From contig CM120642.1 of NCBI GenBank assembly GCA_051362555.1, positions 25,482,001 to 25,546,000 on the forward strand: a stretch of DNA of 64,000 nt, read 5' to 3'. Below the pieces are notes generated by a model, which did not search any database, was not told the DNA's origin, and worked only from the letters and a program-made list of their open reading frames with translations. The stretch is from Lingula anatina. Lineage: Eukaryota > Animalia > Brachiopoda. Both the position numbers and the translations under genes were made by a program. Shown piece by piece: positions 1 through 14,300 of the stretch; within the stretch, counting starts at the first letter, position 1; each line of letters begins with the position of its first letter.

Positions 1-265
1 CGGTAGATCAGACCACACTACCCGTTTTCAAGGTGTGAGTCAGTACGCATTACACAGTATCATACCCTGAACAAATTTTGAGTGGTGATGCAATGCTTTT
101 CAACCCCGCTGAGAATCGTCACTATCACATCGCGTACTAGGCAAGAGCGGTGTCGCGTCTGATACTGTGAAATGCGTATTGATACACACCTTGAAAACGA
201 GTAGTGTGGTCCGATTTACCAGTGAATTCAGGATCATTCGGTGCCGAGTCTGGTAGTTGGGTAGG

Positions 266-266
<1 letters not shown>
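1..266. mobile_element. Fold-back MITE-like element truncated by the window edge
   Basis: Imperfect inverted repeat of about 63 bp, 2-64 versus 157-220; CpG-richer than the flanks; abuts a (GT)n tract. Confidence 0.7.

Positions 267-267
<1 letters not shown>

Positions 268-306
<39 letters not shown>
268..306. repeat. (GT)n microsatellite
   Basis: Read directly. Confidence 0.95.
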
Positions 307-315
<9 letters not shown>

Positions 316-718
316 CACATATGGACACATGCTTGTGTACGTATGTAGGCATATGCACAGGAGCCCAGAGGTTCTTCTCAAGCAGTGTATTAAATTGCAT
401 TGTAATTAATTTTATTTTGGTTTTACTCATCCCATATGAAAGAAAAAAAAAATGGGATGAAAGATAATTAAATCTGTTACCTACAGTGTATACCCTAATA
501 AGAAAACTTTACAGTTTGGGGTAAAAACTGTAGGATTGGTTACACTGAATCAGTAATTTTTCAAAAACTTCGTTTAGGGTATAACAACTAAACAGAACAA
601 CACATTTTTCTTATAATGTTCAAAATAAAAAAGGAAACTAGAGATAAAACAGTATCATTCTTTAAAAAAAAGTTTGTGTAAAAATGGGTAAAAAATGAAA
701 GATGCTTGTCACACACAC

Positions 719-3614
719 CTTCAACCAGCTTCTGCAGGCTGCTTCTCATCACATGGATATTCTCAATGCCACAGAACTGAAACTTGATGTCCGAGTAGAA
801 GACCTCACTCTCGTACCCCTTCCCTGCTGCCCTGTTAGCCATTGCATTAATCTGGAATAGAAAAAATATGACAACATGATCATCTCAGTACATATCTTCT
901 AACATATATTTCTTGAAAAACTCCTGCCATGAGGTCTAAGTGCCAGAATTAAATTTGTGTACATAACCATATATGTCACATACTATATAATTCAAACCAG
1001 TTGTGCCATTATTGATACACAGAAATGTTAATCTTAATATACAAAACACATACATGCACCAGAGTGTGCAATTTCTGAAAATATATGAATATATAACAGT
1101 ATGTAAATGATTGATTGCTAATATCTTAGTCCTGAGTTTTCCAATAATCTAGGTATATAAAATAATAATTCATCTTGAAAAAAATTTAAAATCTGGATTC
1201 ACAAAACATTAAATCTTAAGGCATGACGTTTCATAAAATAATTTTTTAATGACATGAATAAAGAGCTTGAATTTCAATGTAAGTGAAAGAAAACATCTCT
1301 ATCAGTCCAAGACTTGGCATAAAAATGGAACCTTAGTAAAGACTTCTAGAAAAAATTCTGAGATATATAAACTATAATTTAAAAATCATGGTAAAATCAA
1401 CCTCTATCCCTTTCTCTAAAAAAACAAACAGCCATGCAATGCAATGCACAGAAGTAAAGAGTGGTAATTGAAATATATCACTGAATTTTATCTAAAAATA
1501 GATGACGAAAATGGATCGAATGAATTCCAATTAAATTGAAATCTGCATTTAACATAATCAAATGGCTTCTATAAAGAAATGCATGCTTTTTTCCCCCCAC
1601 ACCACTGTTCAGAAAATCTTCAAACACAAAATTAATACAAAAATTTAGTGTATTCTTCTTTCCATATACAGAATAAGAGGACACAGTAGTTTGTGTAGTT
1701 ATGTTACTGTTACAATTGCCTAATTCTGTATCTCTTAATTGGCCAAATATTGAGTATAATACACAAAGAGCTGCACATATAAATTAATACAATATACGGA
1801 ACTATGTGTCACTGAGTGAAAAATTTAACCATTTCCATAAGGTGAAAAAAAGTCCAGTAAGCAATCCTCCTCATTACAACAAATACATCATTATTTTATC
1901 AAACTTATGCTTTCCTGACTACCAATACAGTAGGCACAAATCACTTTACAAGGTTTATGCATATTGAAAATGTTTGTGCCACTCGTTGGATTATCATGCT
2001 ACAAGCAACATGCATTAGAGAGCTAGAGAGAGCTAGATCACACTTTCAACCAACACTAAAAGTGAAGTGCAATGAAGAGAATAGAACAATAATGTAAACT
2101 AACTGAGGTCTATTTCTAAGAAAGTCCCCCCACTAGTTTAGATGTGAACATCTGCCATCAACTTGACAAGTCTCTCGTTTTTTTCTGATATTTTCATGCA
2201 TGTAACAATACATGACATTGTAACTTGGGAGTTAACATATAAGTGGTTTAAGTTCCATCAAGGTTTGTTTAGTGATGCACAATACTATTTGACAATTATC
2301 GGTAGATAAAAGGCAAACTTTAAAGGAGTTTCAAAGGAAAAATGTTGAAAATGTTAAAACACAAATACTTTAAATAGTGTCCACATGATAAACCTTTGCA
2401 ACATAACACAATGCCACAAAAGATAGTCTGCAAAATACTAACCAAATCAAACAGAGGTGAGCTACACAAAACTGGATCCGAGGGGAGAACAATTTGGATA
2501 AAATCAAACAGAACGTAAATAAAAAGTTCCATAAAAAATTCAATTTACTTAACTTGGCTTGTGCATACATGCATTGGTACTACGCGGTGGCATTAAAACA
2601 ATCAAGGAATAAAACTCAAATAAACAATGAAAGGCAAAGTAATGGTAAGCAGCAGCAATGCATACTATTAACATTAGATACTTGGGAAATACAATCTTCA
2701 ATCTATTTGTAAGATTTATACTTTATGTTCTTTCAATGTTCTTATCATCTATAAAGGATGTTTTATTCTAAGATAATACAAGTATATTTTCATAAAATAA
2801 AAGAAAAATAAAGAAAAAATTGTTAATTACAGTGCATAAACATAAAAACATCAAAGGCTAACTGTAATAGCACAAAAGCTTGGTGTGATTTTCATTTTAT
2901 AGTTAAAGGCATAGTGGGAAATTTAAAAATTATTGGTTCTATACACCCAGCCAAGCAGATTTTCATTGTACTCTCATATTTTTTTATATATTTTGTTTGA
3001 AAAAAAAAAAAAATAATGATGTGTAAAAAAGTTTTCCAGATAACTTATATTCAACCCAGACACAATATGTTGCCATCTCTTGCTTCTGACAAACTTTTGG
3101 TGGTCTGGAAGTTCTATAATAAATTATATATTTTTCTCACTTTAATTATCATTTTACCACTATTTGATGTTAAGATGCCTTGAACATACATTGTAGTGTA
3201 TTTGTAAAATGCTTTTAAAAATCCCCTATGCCTTTATACAAATATAATTATACCTTATTTGACTTCTATTTGGCTCTAACCATAGAAACCAATATTTGGG
3301 ATTTTTATATATCAGTTAAAACAAAACGGACCAAGAAACTAATAATAATTTTGTTCACAAATGGACTAACTTAAACCATATATAAACTAAATGACATCAG
3401 AAAATGCCCTGGTATATAATGCTTCACATTGCGATTTAAACCCTTAAATATACAGGTGTTCCTGTGTCATCAAGTCAACCACTGGCATCAATTATTCGGG
3501 TCTATGTTAGTTCTGATGTGAACATGACCAGAAGATTCAAAAATATGGAAAGAGACATTTTATTGCAGTGTATCATTAGTTGCCCAAGACCAGTAGAATG
3601 TGCAGTGAGTGAAA

Positions 3615-3661
<47 letters not shown>

Positions 3662-6600
3662 ACCACAATCACTTGAAATGCGGAAAAACAAGAAAGAAAC
3701 TAGAACGTTTCCACAAAACATTGAAGAGCAAAGAATCAGTATGCCCTGACTTAAATTCAATGAAGAATTTTTAGATAGTCCAAACTGATTGAGTTCAAAA
3801 CCATATAAGCTGTTTAACAAAAGTTTTAGCAGCTTCCCACCAAACCAAGAGATGATTATATTGGGAGTCAAAGTGATTCCAGTGGATCAAAATTCAGGTC
3901 TCAGGTGCACAAACAACACTTCCCATAGAGCTTAATATCCTCTATAATGTTGGTCATCAAAGATATTTTCCATTACCCGCAGACCACCTACCTTAGGCCG
4001 TGTATCCACAACATACATGAACTCGGACTTGGGGTTGGCTTTCAAGATGGCATGGAGCATCTTTTCATCTTCCTCACACCTGGCTTTGAACCCTGCCAAC
4101 GGCTGACTGCATCTGCAGATGGCGGCCTGAACATAACGAAGAAGATTTTAGAAAGATAACCTCATGATGTATCTTATTCTCTATGTTACACTTAAAAGAA
4201 ATGCTTTAATTAATATCCTTCCTAGAATGTTAATTTAAAGATGTTGAAGCAAGGGGTTGACCTGTCAAATAAAGTGAAATTCTTTTTACATATGAGATGA
4301 AATTAATAAGCTCTTAATAAATCCGACCATTTCAAATATAAATATGATTTTATATTTTTCAGGGTAATTGTATCATAAAAAATGAGAAATCAATATAATG
4401 GACCTTTTTCCCTTCTTCCTGAATACTGTGAAATCATCTATAGGATGTTTATTTTGCAAATCTCACAATTTTGTACAAGCAAAAATGACCAAAATTACAA
4501 AAATGCAAAAATTTCTTTTTAAATACACCAAATAAATTGGGTCTAAATAAATGTACTCTTTTAAGTCAACCAGCACCTGATAAAAAAATCTGACTCTTGT
4601 GTATGTACATTTTCTCTCAGATCCTGGATAAAAAACACCATGAAAACGTTCAACTTCCATTTAAACACCCTATCATCTTTCAGCTTGCAGGATGATGATA
4701 AATCAATACCTATAGCAGGGGCGCCTATCCCAGGGGAAATCTGGTAATATCCAGACAGTGTATTTTCAAAGAAATAACTTTCAATGTGTGGGGGAGTCTA
4801 CAGCATAATATGACAGATCAAAATTTATCAATAGCTTAATTGCATTTCACGCGAGGAGAAACCATCCAATCTGATGCGCATTTTCACAACACAGGATTTC
4901 CACTATTCATTTCAAGGCTCTGATAACAAAACCTGAAGAACGGAGATTGGGTTGATAAACAATCAATTGATCAACAACCACATTAGATTCCTCTTTGAAA
5001 ACAGTTAACCAAGCAATTAAAGTACATTCAGCACTCCTATAAACAAAATGTTACTAGTGAGTCTCAACTTGGTCATGTACAAAAGTTTTTAGCAATTAAG
5101 TCCAGTTTCCAATCTTACCTATCAGGGCATTTTTAGGCATTCGAGTGAAAATTTTATGTGCTATGCCCCAGGGGTTTTGTCAGGATTACGCAAATACCAG
5201 TGAGGCGCCTTTCCATGGGATGGATGGGAGAAGGTAAGAATAGAGCTATGAAGACAGATGAATGACTTACCTGATTGGTGTTGTGTAAATAACACAGTAC
5301 TGGTAACCTTCCCCGACTACGGAAGCGAGCACTGGCAATTAGCACTGGCGTACTCACTCCACTGGGTACGTAGAGATACTTGGGATATGTGTCACAAATC
5401 TGAAAAATGTTCCTTGTTCTTGTAATAAAATACAAAACTTCCAATATCGTCAAAGAGTAATATACTTGGAATATATGTGGTGTTAAAATTTACTAAATGT
5501 AAAAACAGATTTAAAAAGATAACTGTAGCAAATTTCAAGTTGCAATGAACTCTTAGTGCTTCACACTTTTCCTGGCCTTAACTACAGGGTTACCTTAAAA
5601 TGTGTAAAATATCTGACAATACAAAACATTAATCATTGACTTTTCAAATCTATTGCCAATAGCTAATAAGCAAAAATATCAAAAAATCAAAACATTTAAA
5701 TAATGTCACTGCTAATTTTAGTTGGTATGTTATAGAATTTTAAAGTTTAATCTTTATATTGTGCACAGTACTAAGACAAATGTGGAGCAGTCTTACAGAA
5801 CATTTTGCTATTATTATTATTATCATCACTATTATAACCAATTTTTGATTATATACATTATAGCAGATGTATACTTTTATTCGCAAAATGAATCATCATC
5901 ATCATCTTTTATTTTTATTATAAACAATACTTTGTTCAATATTTCAAAAAAACACACCAGATAAAAACACAATTTTCACCTCATAGTCTTTATTCATCTG
6001 TGTGAGGGCCCAGTGGGCATTGGGCACACCCATCCGTAGGTACTCGGACTCCAGACTGAAGAAGTTCCAGCCCTGATGTTTGGGCATGTCATCTGGGGAG
6101 GTGTAGTGGAACGCATACAGCTCTTCTATGTCAGCTGGCAAACAAAAGAAAGCAAAGGTCAGAGGTATATTACCCCCACAATTTCATAGACAGGGCTTGA
6201 ATGCCTGATCAAGGGTGGCATTCAAAAACTGCTTTTATGTTATATATTATAACTGATATTGAAAAATAATAAGAAGTAATTCAGATAGACACTCTTGTTT
6301 ATTTGTTAAAAATGTTTCACAGCAGATGAATTGGTCACAGGCCCCTTCATCCTGCCTGTGTCAGGCCATTACAGACCATTACAAATGGTACCCGCTGTCT
6401 TTTCTCTGAACAATCTGTAGAGGTTGAAACAGCAGGTAGAAAAATGTTCATGGCACTTGTGAATTATTATTCCCAGTAAAACATCTGCAACAGCTTGGGC
6501 CATATGCTCTTACAGGAAGTTAGGACAATTTTGATCAAACAAATCCACAAAGCCCAGCCCTATACTCTGTTAAGTAGACAATTTTGTTTATTGAGGATAT

Positions 6601-9157
6601 CAAGTATGACTATTTTTTTTACCTTTTGTGTCATTTACATTGTTTTCTGAAACAAATAGATGACTGTTAAAATTCTGTTTAGTCTAAAAATAGGTATAAT
6701 AAGCTTTTGACTATGTATGTAAAAAGGAACATTATTTGCAAATTAAAGACAGTGAGCCCTTCATCAAATTCTAATCAATTTGTCAGTGAAAACTGTAGGT
6801 GGAATAAGCAAGCTGCAAAGGTGACCTCTACTGAAATGATATAGACATACATGTGCACCATTTACACTCACTTCCTGATGTCCCACGCAATGTCCTACGT
6901 GACACCTGGAACCCACTCACTGAATTTGCAACATGAAAAATATCGCAAAAAAACAAAAACTACATGGAGTTCTTAGCAAAGAGAATTACTTCAATTAAGG
7001 TACACTTTTTGAAAAATGGGTTGAGGAAGTAAGATGACAACCTTGCGACATGCTAACAGATGATCCATCTCGTTTTCTTTTATTAGCTGCCCACTAGACA
7101 ACCTTCTCGTAATTATCTCTCGCACTTAACCTTTACTTCCCTCGCGTGAATGAAATCAATTTTGATAAATTTGTATCAAAGTCAATTATCTGAATGTCAT
7201 GGGGTGTGTACGCAATGATTTTTTTTCTTTTTGTTTAAAAATTGAACTGGGTATCTGACTATTTCTGGATATCCTCTGAAGTTATGGCTGATATTCTAGA
7301 TCTTGACAGCAAAAACAATTATTTTGTAAATGGAGAAAAAGGGATCCTTTCTAAGCTTCTCAATCAAAATGCTGAAAATACATTACATAATAAACCGAAT
7401 TTGGTATAAGATCAACTGTGTCCTAAGGGTCTCTTAACATTGATCAGTTAATGTACAAAACAGTTACTGGATCATTTTCACTTTCGGCAAGATCCCTCTG
7501 ATGAAGATGTTATCTGTAGCAAGGCCAATGTATACACTATTGAGAGAGACCTATACCAACATTGATGAAATTGAAGCTAGTATTTTCAAAAATTGAAATG
7601 CATACATTTGTCTTTGAAATAAACGCAACATGGAAATTGAAGCAGTCTCTCCTTATTTTGTTTCTCTAAGTGTGTCTACTATTTCTGGCAAATGACATTC
7701 TAATGACACTGACATCCGTTAAAATTGTAATATCACACACCATTCTGTCAAAATGAAGACGTCTCCACTATCCAGTAAATATCATTTCCCTCATTTTCAT
7801 AGATCACAATACAGAATGCCAAGCCTATCAGAACAGTATCATTGGCATTATTGCGTTGAACAAATCAAGTTTGATACCATAATCAGGCCCGTAGCCAGCA
7901 ATTTCAAAAGGGGGGTTCTTTTCTGAAAATGTGGACCTTTTTCCATAAAAACTTCATGTACCTAGATCAAATTTTACCCAGAGTGGACCTTTTCCCAGCA
8001 AAAGGGGTGGTTCTTTCGAACCCCCCGAACCCCCCCTGGCTACGGGCCTGCATAATGAAACCTTGTTATCACAGGAACTAGTTCTAAGGATGTTTATAAC
8101 GCGACAGCCATCAAATTTTCCAAGTGAAAATCAATACTTCTTTATCAATGAGAAATATATGCTCTTAATCAACTGGTAATAAGTTTATGTGTCACACTCA
8201 TTATCTTTTAAGTAACTCAATAATCAAAATTTACGTCATTGTTAACCACATTAAAGATAAGCTCAAGAGACATAACAGGATTTATTTTGTCTATTAAATT
8301 TATTTTCCTCATGTAACTTATCAATTCCTTCCTTAAACTTTTTCCAAAATGGGTCTTCTGTAAAGAAAAGAAAACTGGATGCTCATTGCACAAGAAGTCA
8401 CACCTAAGTTTCGCCCACCTCTCCACTATCAGCATACCTCTACCATTCCCAATATCTTCGAAACTATGAAATATATACTAAGCATAAAACTCAGGGTGCT
8501 ACGGGTAATCTGGCAATATTGATCAAGACCAAAAACAAAAGAGCACCACTTATTCTAAATTTACATTAAAAAGTGTATGCAAGACAGGGGGTGCGAAAGT
8601 AAGCATGCAAATTTGTATGCTGATGTAAATTTCAATTACTCATCCTGCTCAGCAACTGTGTACCCACATAACCTTTCAATGGTAGCTTCTGAAGGCTTAA
8701 AGGCATTTCACCTTGTGACATTTTTTTTACTGATATAACAAAATAGTGTACTTCATGGACATGTGTGCTTAAGAAAATTATTTTTTCTGTGTTGATTAAC
8801 AGCATTGTACAGCATCGTATGTGCTATCTGTTTAAATAGAATGAAGATAAAGGTGAAGTGTGCCTTGTACCTACATAAACTATAAGAATATACAACACAG
8901 ATTTGCCTATGTTATTATAAAATTTTCAATGTCTGATCTCTTCATTAACCAACTCACTGATTCCCTTATTTTAAAGATGCATTTGAAGTCATATTATTGC
9001 CAATAAACATGGCTAAATGCTACCATATAGTTTCAAATAGTATCCATAATTTAGAGAAATACAAAAATATCGTTCCAAATTACCCAAAAAATGATATCTG
9101 AACCCATATTTTCTGCTCACTTTCTGTGTTATGTATAACAGATGCAGGTGATGGCTG

Positions 9158-9223
<66 letters not shown>

Positions 9224-11356
9224 TGAGCAATTTAAAATATTTTCATCATTTTTTCAAATATCTGGTAAATCCATAACTTCAAAAAAGAATTCATAAATCC
9301 AATTATATACTTAATAATCAAATAAATTTATCATTCAAAAAAATCTATAAGAAACTTATCATCACCTGGAAGATCCAACAGCTTTCCAAAATTGACACAC
9401 TTGTCCTCTGGCTAAGATTTTCAGATGACCAAAAAAATGAAAATAAAATCAGACAATATGTTTTTTCGGTGTTCTAAAAGCCTTAAATAGGCCTCCCCTA
9501 AAAAGGAGCCCTCAGACCGACATGCTAAAAACTTTATAATTAAATCTGTTTTTTTTTTTACCAATTTACACAAATGACCTCATGAAATCCTCTTCATTGC
9601 CATTTTGCAACTTGTTACCTGAAGAAATCAATCACATAGTTTTGGCAACCAAAAAGCCTCCTGCTTGATACACAATAAAATGTTTGTTTTTTTTCACACA
9701 GAACTCTCTATTTCTAAAATGGAGCATTTAACCTTATACAAGGTGAATTGTAGTTCTAAATACAATAAATTGGTATAAAAATACTGTGAATTAAAATGTA
9801 AGGCTGTAATCATCTGGGAGTTCATTTGCTCTTTACCCTTACTGTGAAGAACATTTCCTCAGGATAATGAAGTGGATTCTAGCAAATTATCCATATTTTT
9901 TATGTTTTTTCCTCCATTTTTCCATATCTTAGCATAAGCGAGGGCATGTAAAGTGTCATTATGCCTTTAAATAATGCAACTCTAATATATGACCAGTGTC
10001 AGGAATCAATGGCAACAGGAATAGAATCAGTTAAGTGTATCATAAATGCTACGTATGAGCCTTTTTATGTTAGAAAATAAGACAAGAATGCTAAAATTCA
10101 CTAAATCAAGTGACCTCAACTTTTTTATGCCCATATACAAATGTTTTGTATAACTTCACCAAATCATCACAGTTCCTCTGAATTGAGATAGATGGAAGCA
10201 CATATTGACATTACCATAGTAATCTAGGGTAAGAAGTGAGCACATTTCCTTTCATCTTTTAAACATTTTTACACATGCCTCTATGTATTCTGTAGCTAGG
10301 GACTACATTTTCAGTTGTTGTTGAAAATCACTAGGCTAAAAGGCAAACATTTTTGTCCTCTGCTTCAGGGCATTGATCTATTTTCCTTAGTTTTTGTTCA
10401 CAAATAAAGCACCATTTATTGAGTTTTTCTTTTCACATCTTCTCAAACTCATATGTTGTTTGACACAAAAAGTATTATCAAATTATTCTTTTTAAAGTAT
10501 TTTTCTTTAGTTTTAATTGCATTGTATAAAGTAATTTATTGGTTACAGTTCCATATAAAAAATAAGCAGGATTTACGAAGAAATAAGATGACCATTGGAA
10601 ATGAAAAGAAGTTTATTTGAGACTATCAAAAACAGCCAAAATAGTCATTTTCTAAAAAAATGTTAACGTCAGAATACTCTAAATTCTGAATTCCAGGAAC
10701 GAGTGAAAGAGCTGCCAAAGAGATAAGGAATTCTCCAAAACACTTCCCAAAAGGCAAAAAGGAAATAACCTGTCCATCACGAGCAGCAACTACGGCATGT
10801 ATAAATCAGCAATTAATGCATAAATACAGATACAGTTCTTGCAATTGTACTTTTTTCAATTTTTACATGAAAATTCAGGGTACTTTTTGTTGCATAATTT
10901 TAAAACAATTATATAATCATTAAGGAAAAGATTTACGTCTGTCTGGGATCTTCCATGAACTAGGTTGTGCTCCTTGCCTCGGGGAATAGAAAATAAGTCG
11001 ATAATTCAGTCTGTGCTATCTGTAATGCAACATTGAAGTTTCTCTGATTGTTCTGGAGAAAAGGAAGCAATTACACTACACAGTCTTTTCATTTTCTATA
11101 TATTGCTCAAAGTATTAGGCCTTCCACTGACACTGAAGGAAGTGTCCAATCAACTAAAATGTTTTACTAATATCCCTTTGTCACTATGTGTTTTTTAATC
11201 ATAGCAATGGATATACCAATCTAGGGCCCTGCCATAATGTAGTGCCATCTTAAAATAGCACATTTAACAATGTTGACAATTTTTTTGTGTGTTTCTTGAT
11301 AATACATGAATGGGATGTGGTATGGTCACCCCCCCCCCCCCAAAAAAAAAAAAAAA

Positions 11357-11387
<31 letters not shown>

Positions 11388-14300
11388 ATGTCTGGCAATA
11401 TTTAAATAGTCATAAAAATTTTCATAGATTTACATTTCTCCCTTTTAAATATGAAAATACCAAATTATACTACATACTTTTTGGCAAGAACATATATTAA
11501 AACCTTAGACTGATGTATATATTTATTCATTGTGTACTTTTTTGGGGAAAACAAAACAAACAAAAAATAAGTTGTCTAACTTGAGTTTTATACACAATTG
11601 TGTATAGAATTTCTGTCTATACTACTACTTACTTGGATGTGCCAGCTTAAGTAAAGACGTGTAGATATCGTGGCAGTCTCTTTCTCTTGGGATAATAAAA
11701 GTAACACACAGGAATGTCTTGCAGCGGATGACCAGTGGAGAGCCTGTAGTGGACAGTGGCTGTTTCTCTATACTTGCTATATGCATGTGAAGAATCTAAA
11801 AAGAATAATAGAATGAGGTAAAATTGTGCAAAGTTGACTTATTTTGTACCTTTCAACCCCCACTTTTGATTATCAAAAATATTACTTTTGGGAATGGAGA
11901 GAAAATTAATATTTTAATTTTTTTCTAATAGTTTTAATTCTTTAATGGAGACACCCAGTAGAGAAAATGGCAATGTTGGAAGGAAGTAGCACTTTACTTC
12001 ATTCAAATAATTTAAACAATTTTTTTTTAATTAAGAGTCGAGTTCATGTCCTGAAAATGTTCAATCAAATGTAAGTAATTGCAAATAAACATTTCATGAC
12101 ACGAAAGCCATGCCCTGTAAAGTTAAAATCAGGATAACACGTTATCCTAGAGTCAAATTACAACAAGAACACGTCTGTTAGTGATACTTCTATTGGACAA
12201 AAAGATCTTATATTGCTACTGCAGATTAACTGGAAAAACTACATCTCTCTCTCTCTCTCTCTCTCATGTGTGTGTATTTACATATTTGTCTTGTGCTACA
12301 AAGTATAGTGAAATCTCATCCTTGTTGCCTGAACGGGTGAAACACCATCTATAATCAAAACTCTAAGCACTTTGAAAATGGCCATTCAATCCTCAAACAA
12401 ATAATTTTCTGCCAAATCACCTAGATTGTACTTAATTTTAAAATAAAATCTTCATCAAACAACATTATCTTTAATCAATGGCAAAATTCACCAGGCTGGA
12501 GTGAGCTCATCAAAATGTCTGAATACAAAATATGCATAGAACTCTCGTATGGTTGCAAGACACCTTACAAAACTCATAAATTCTGAATGAACCTTATCAA
12601 AATATGACATGACACCAACCACCCTCATCTGATGAGGTTCTGACGCCACTAAAAGCAATCTTCAAGCTAAATCCATTTCATAAGAATGCTTATTCAGTGT
12701 CAGCTTCCAACTTAAAACTATAGTGAAGTGTTCAAGCATTCAGTTATAGTGTCATCAAGAATGGAATGAAGAATTTTCATTAACTTTCCTTTCTCTCTTC
12801 CATTATCATTGCCAACCACCTTTAAAGTTAGGAAGCAAATTAAAAGTTATCACCAGAACTATCTAGGCCCCCTTTTCTCTTGCTTTTAAAAGTGAGACGA
12901 TCCAGAATTTTGTGTGGATTAAAGTGTACAATATAACCACTTTAGGGAGACAGTAATCAATGTCTAGTATTTCAAGTTGTCACACTAATTCCATTGAAAA
13001 CCAAAGCATGGCTTCTTGGTTATTGACACTGACAAGGTTGGCAGTTTCCAACTAAAAAGGGTGCAAGTTATCTTGAAGAGCTTTACTTACTTTCATATTC
13101 TGAGACTTTTGGTTAAACCCCCATAATTTTTTTCATTCTTTAATTAAGCAATCTGATATTTTCTTTTTCCTGGATGGTGACACCTTACTAATGGTGACAC
13201 CTTACAAATTGACCTGAAACATACTTCCTAAAGCTTATATGTACATACAAAGAAAATATTTTCATTACTGCCCTTTCCCTTTTGCCCCCTTCCCATAAAA
13301 CTGGTAGCAAAAGTGTGGTTACTTTTTTTTACACTGGTTTTCACAAAGAAAACAGTTATGATGCCATAAGGGACATGTTTTTCAAGCATAGCAAATCCCT
13401 TCAAGACCAATAATGCATGATGAATGGTTTAATTATGCAAAAGATGGAAACAACAAATACAGTAAAGCTCACATTTGTAGACAAATGAGAAGTGATTGAT
13501 CTGCAGATCATTACATGATCTCATTTGACAGTTACGCGTCCGGAATAAAAAATCAACAAGTGACTAATACAGCGCCACAAACATCATTAAAAAAAAGAGC
13601 AATCAATGCATGGATTGTTCTCAGACTAGAAGAGAAGTTCCGTGTGCAAAAAAGACGTCATAAAAACTGGATTATTTCTGAACTGTTCAATCATTCTCAT
13701 AATAAAATCCAATGGGTTTTGTGTAATTATACAAGGAAACTACATACTGTCAATATACCACAAAAGTGAATCAGGGAGTAGATTTTCTTTGGACTATTCA
13801 AGGTGAATGCATGCATTTGCATTTTTCCTTGTATTCATATATATACACTCACATGTAAAAGGTAAAAAATCTTTTACAAAGTTTTTCAAAGTACCTTTTT
13901 TTACTAATGAGTTTAAACACACCAAAACAAGGCACAATTGTTTATTTATTGATTAGAAAAGCATCCTGATGCAAAAAAAAAAACAAAAAAAAAAAAAAAA
14001 AACAACGATCATCTACAGGTTGTTTTTTTTAAAGCATCATATCTCCTACATAACTTTTGCCTGGTTTACTTGAAAGTATTAGTTTCATAGCCTTTCATTA
14101 CCAAAACAATCTCACTCATGGAAAAAGCTTTCGGAAAGCATCCTGTATTATTTTAAATGTCCCATTATTAAGTAAAATTATCTTAAAATTTACTAAAACC
14201 AAGGTGAACTGAAAAAGAATTTCAACATTGTATTCTGACATAAACAGAAATGGTAGAATGTACATGACAACAATAACATTTCCTGAGAACTTAGTCAATA

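Noticed and set aside
100-467. ORFs with HTHTHT or CVCVCV runs (also 9013-9216 and 40971-41551)
   Set aside because: Translations of dinucleotide microsatellites, not genes.
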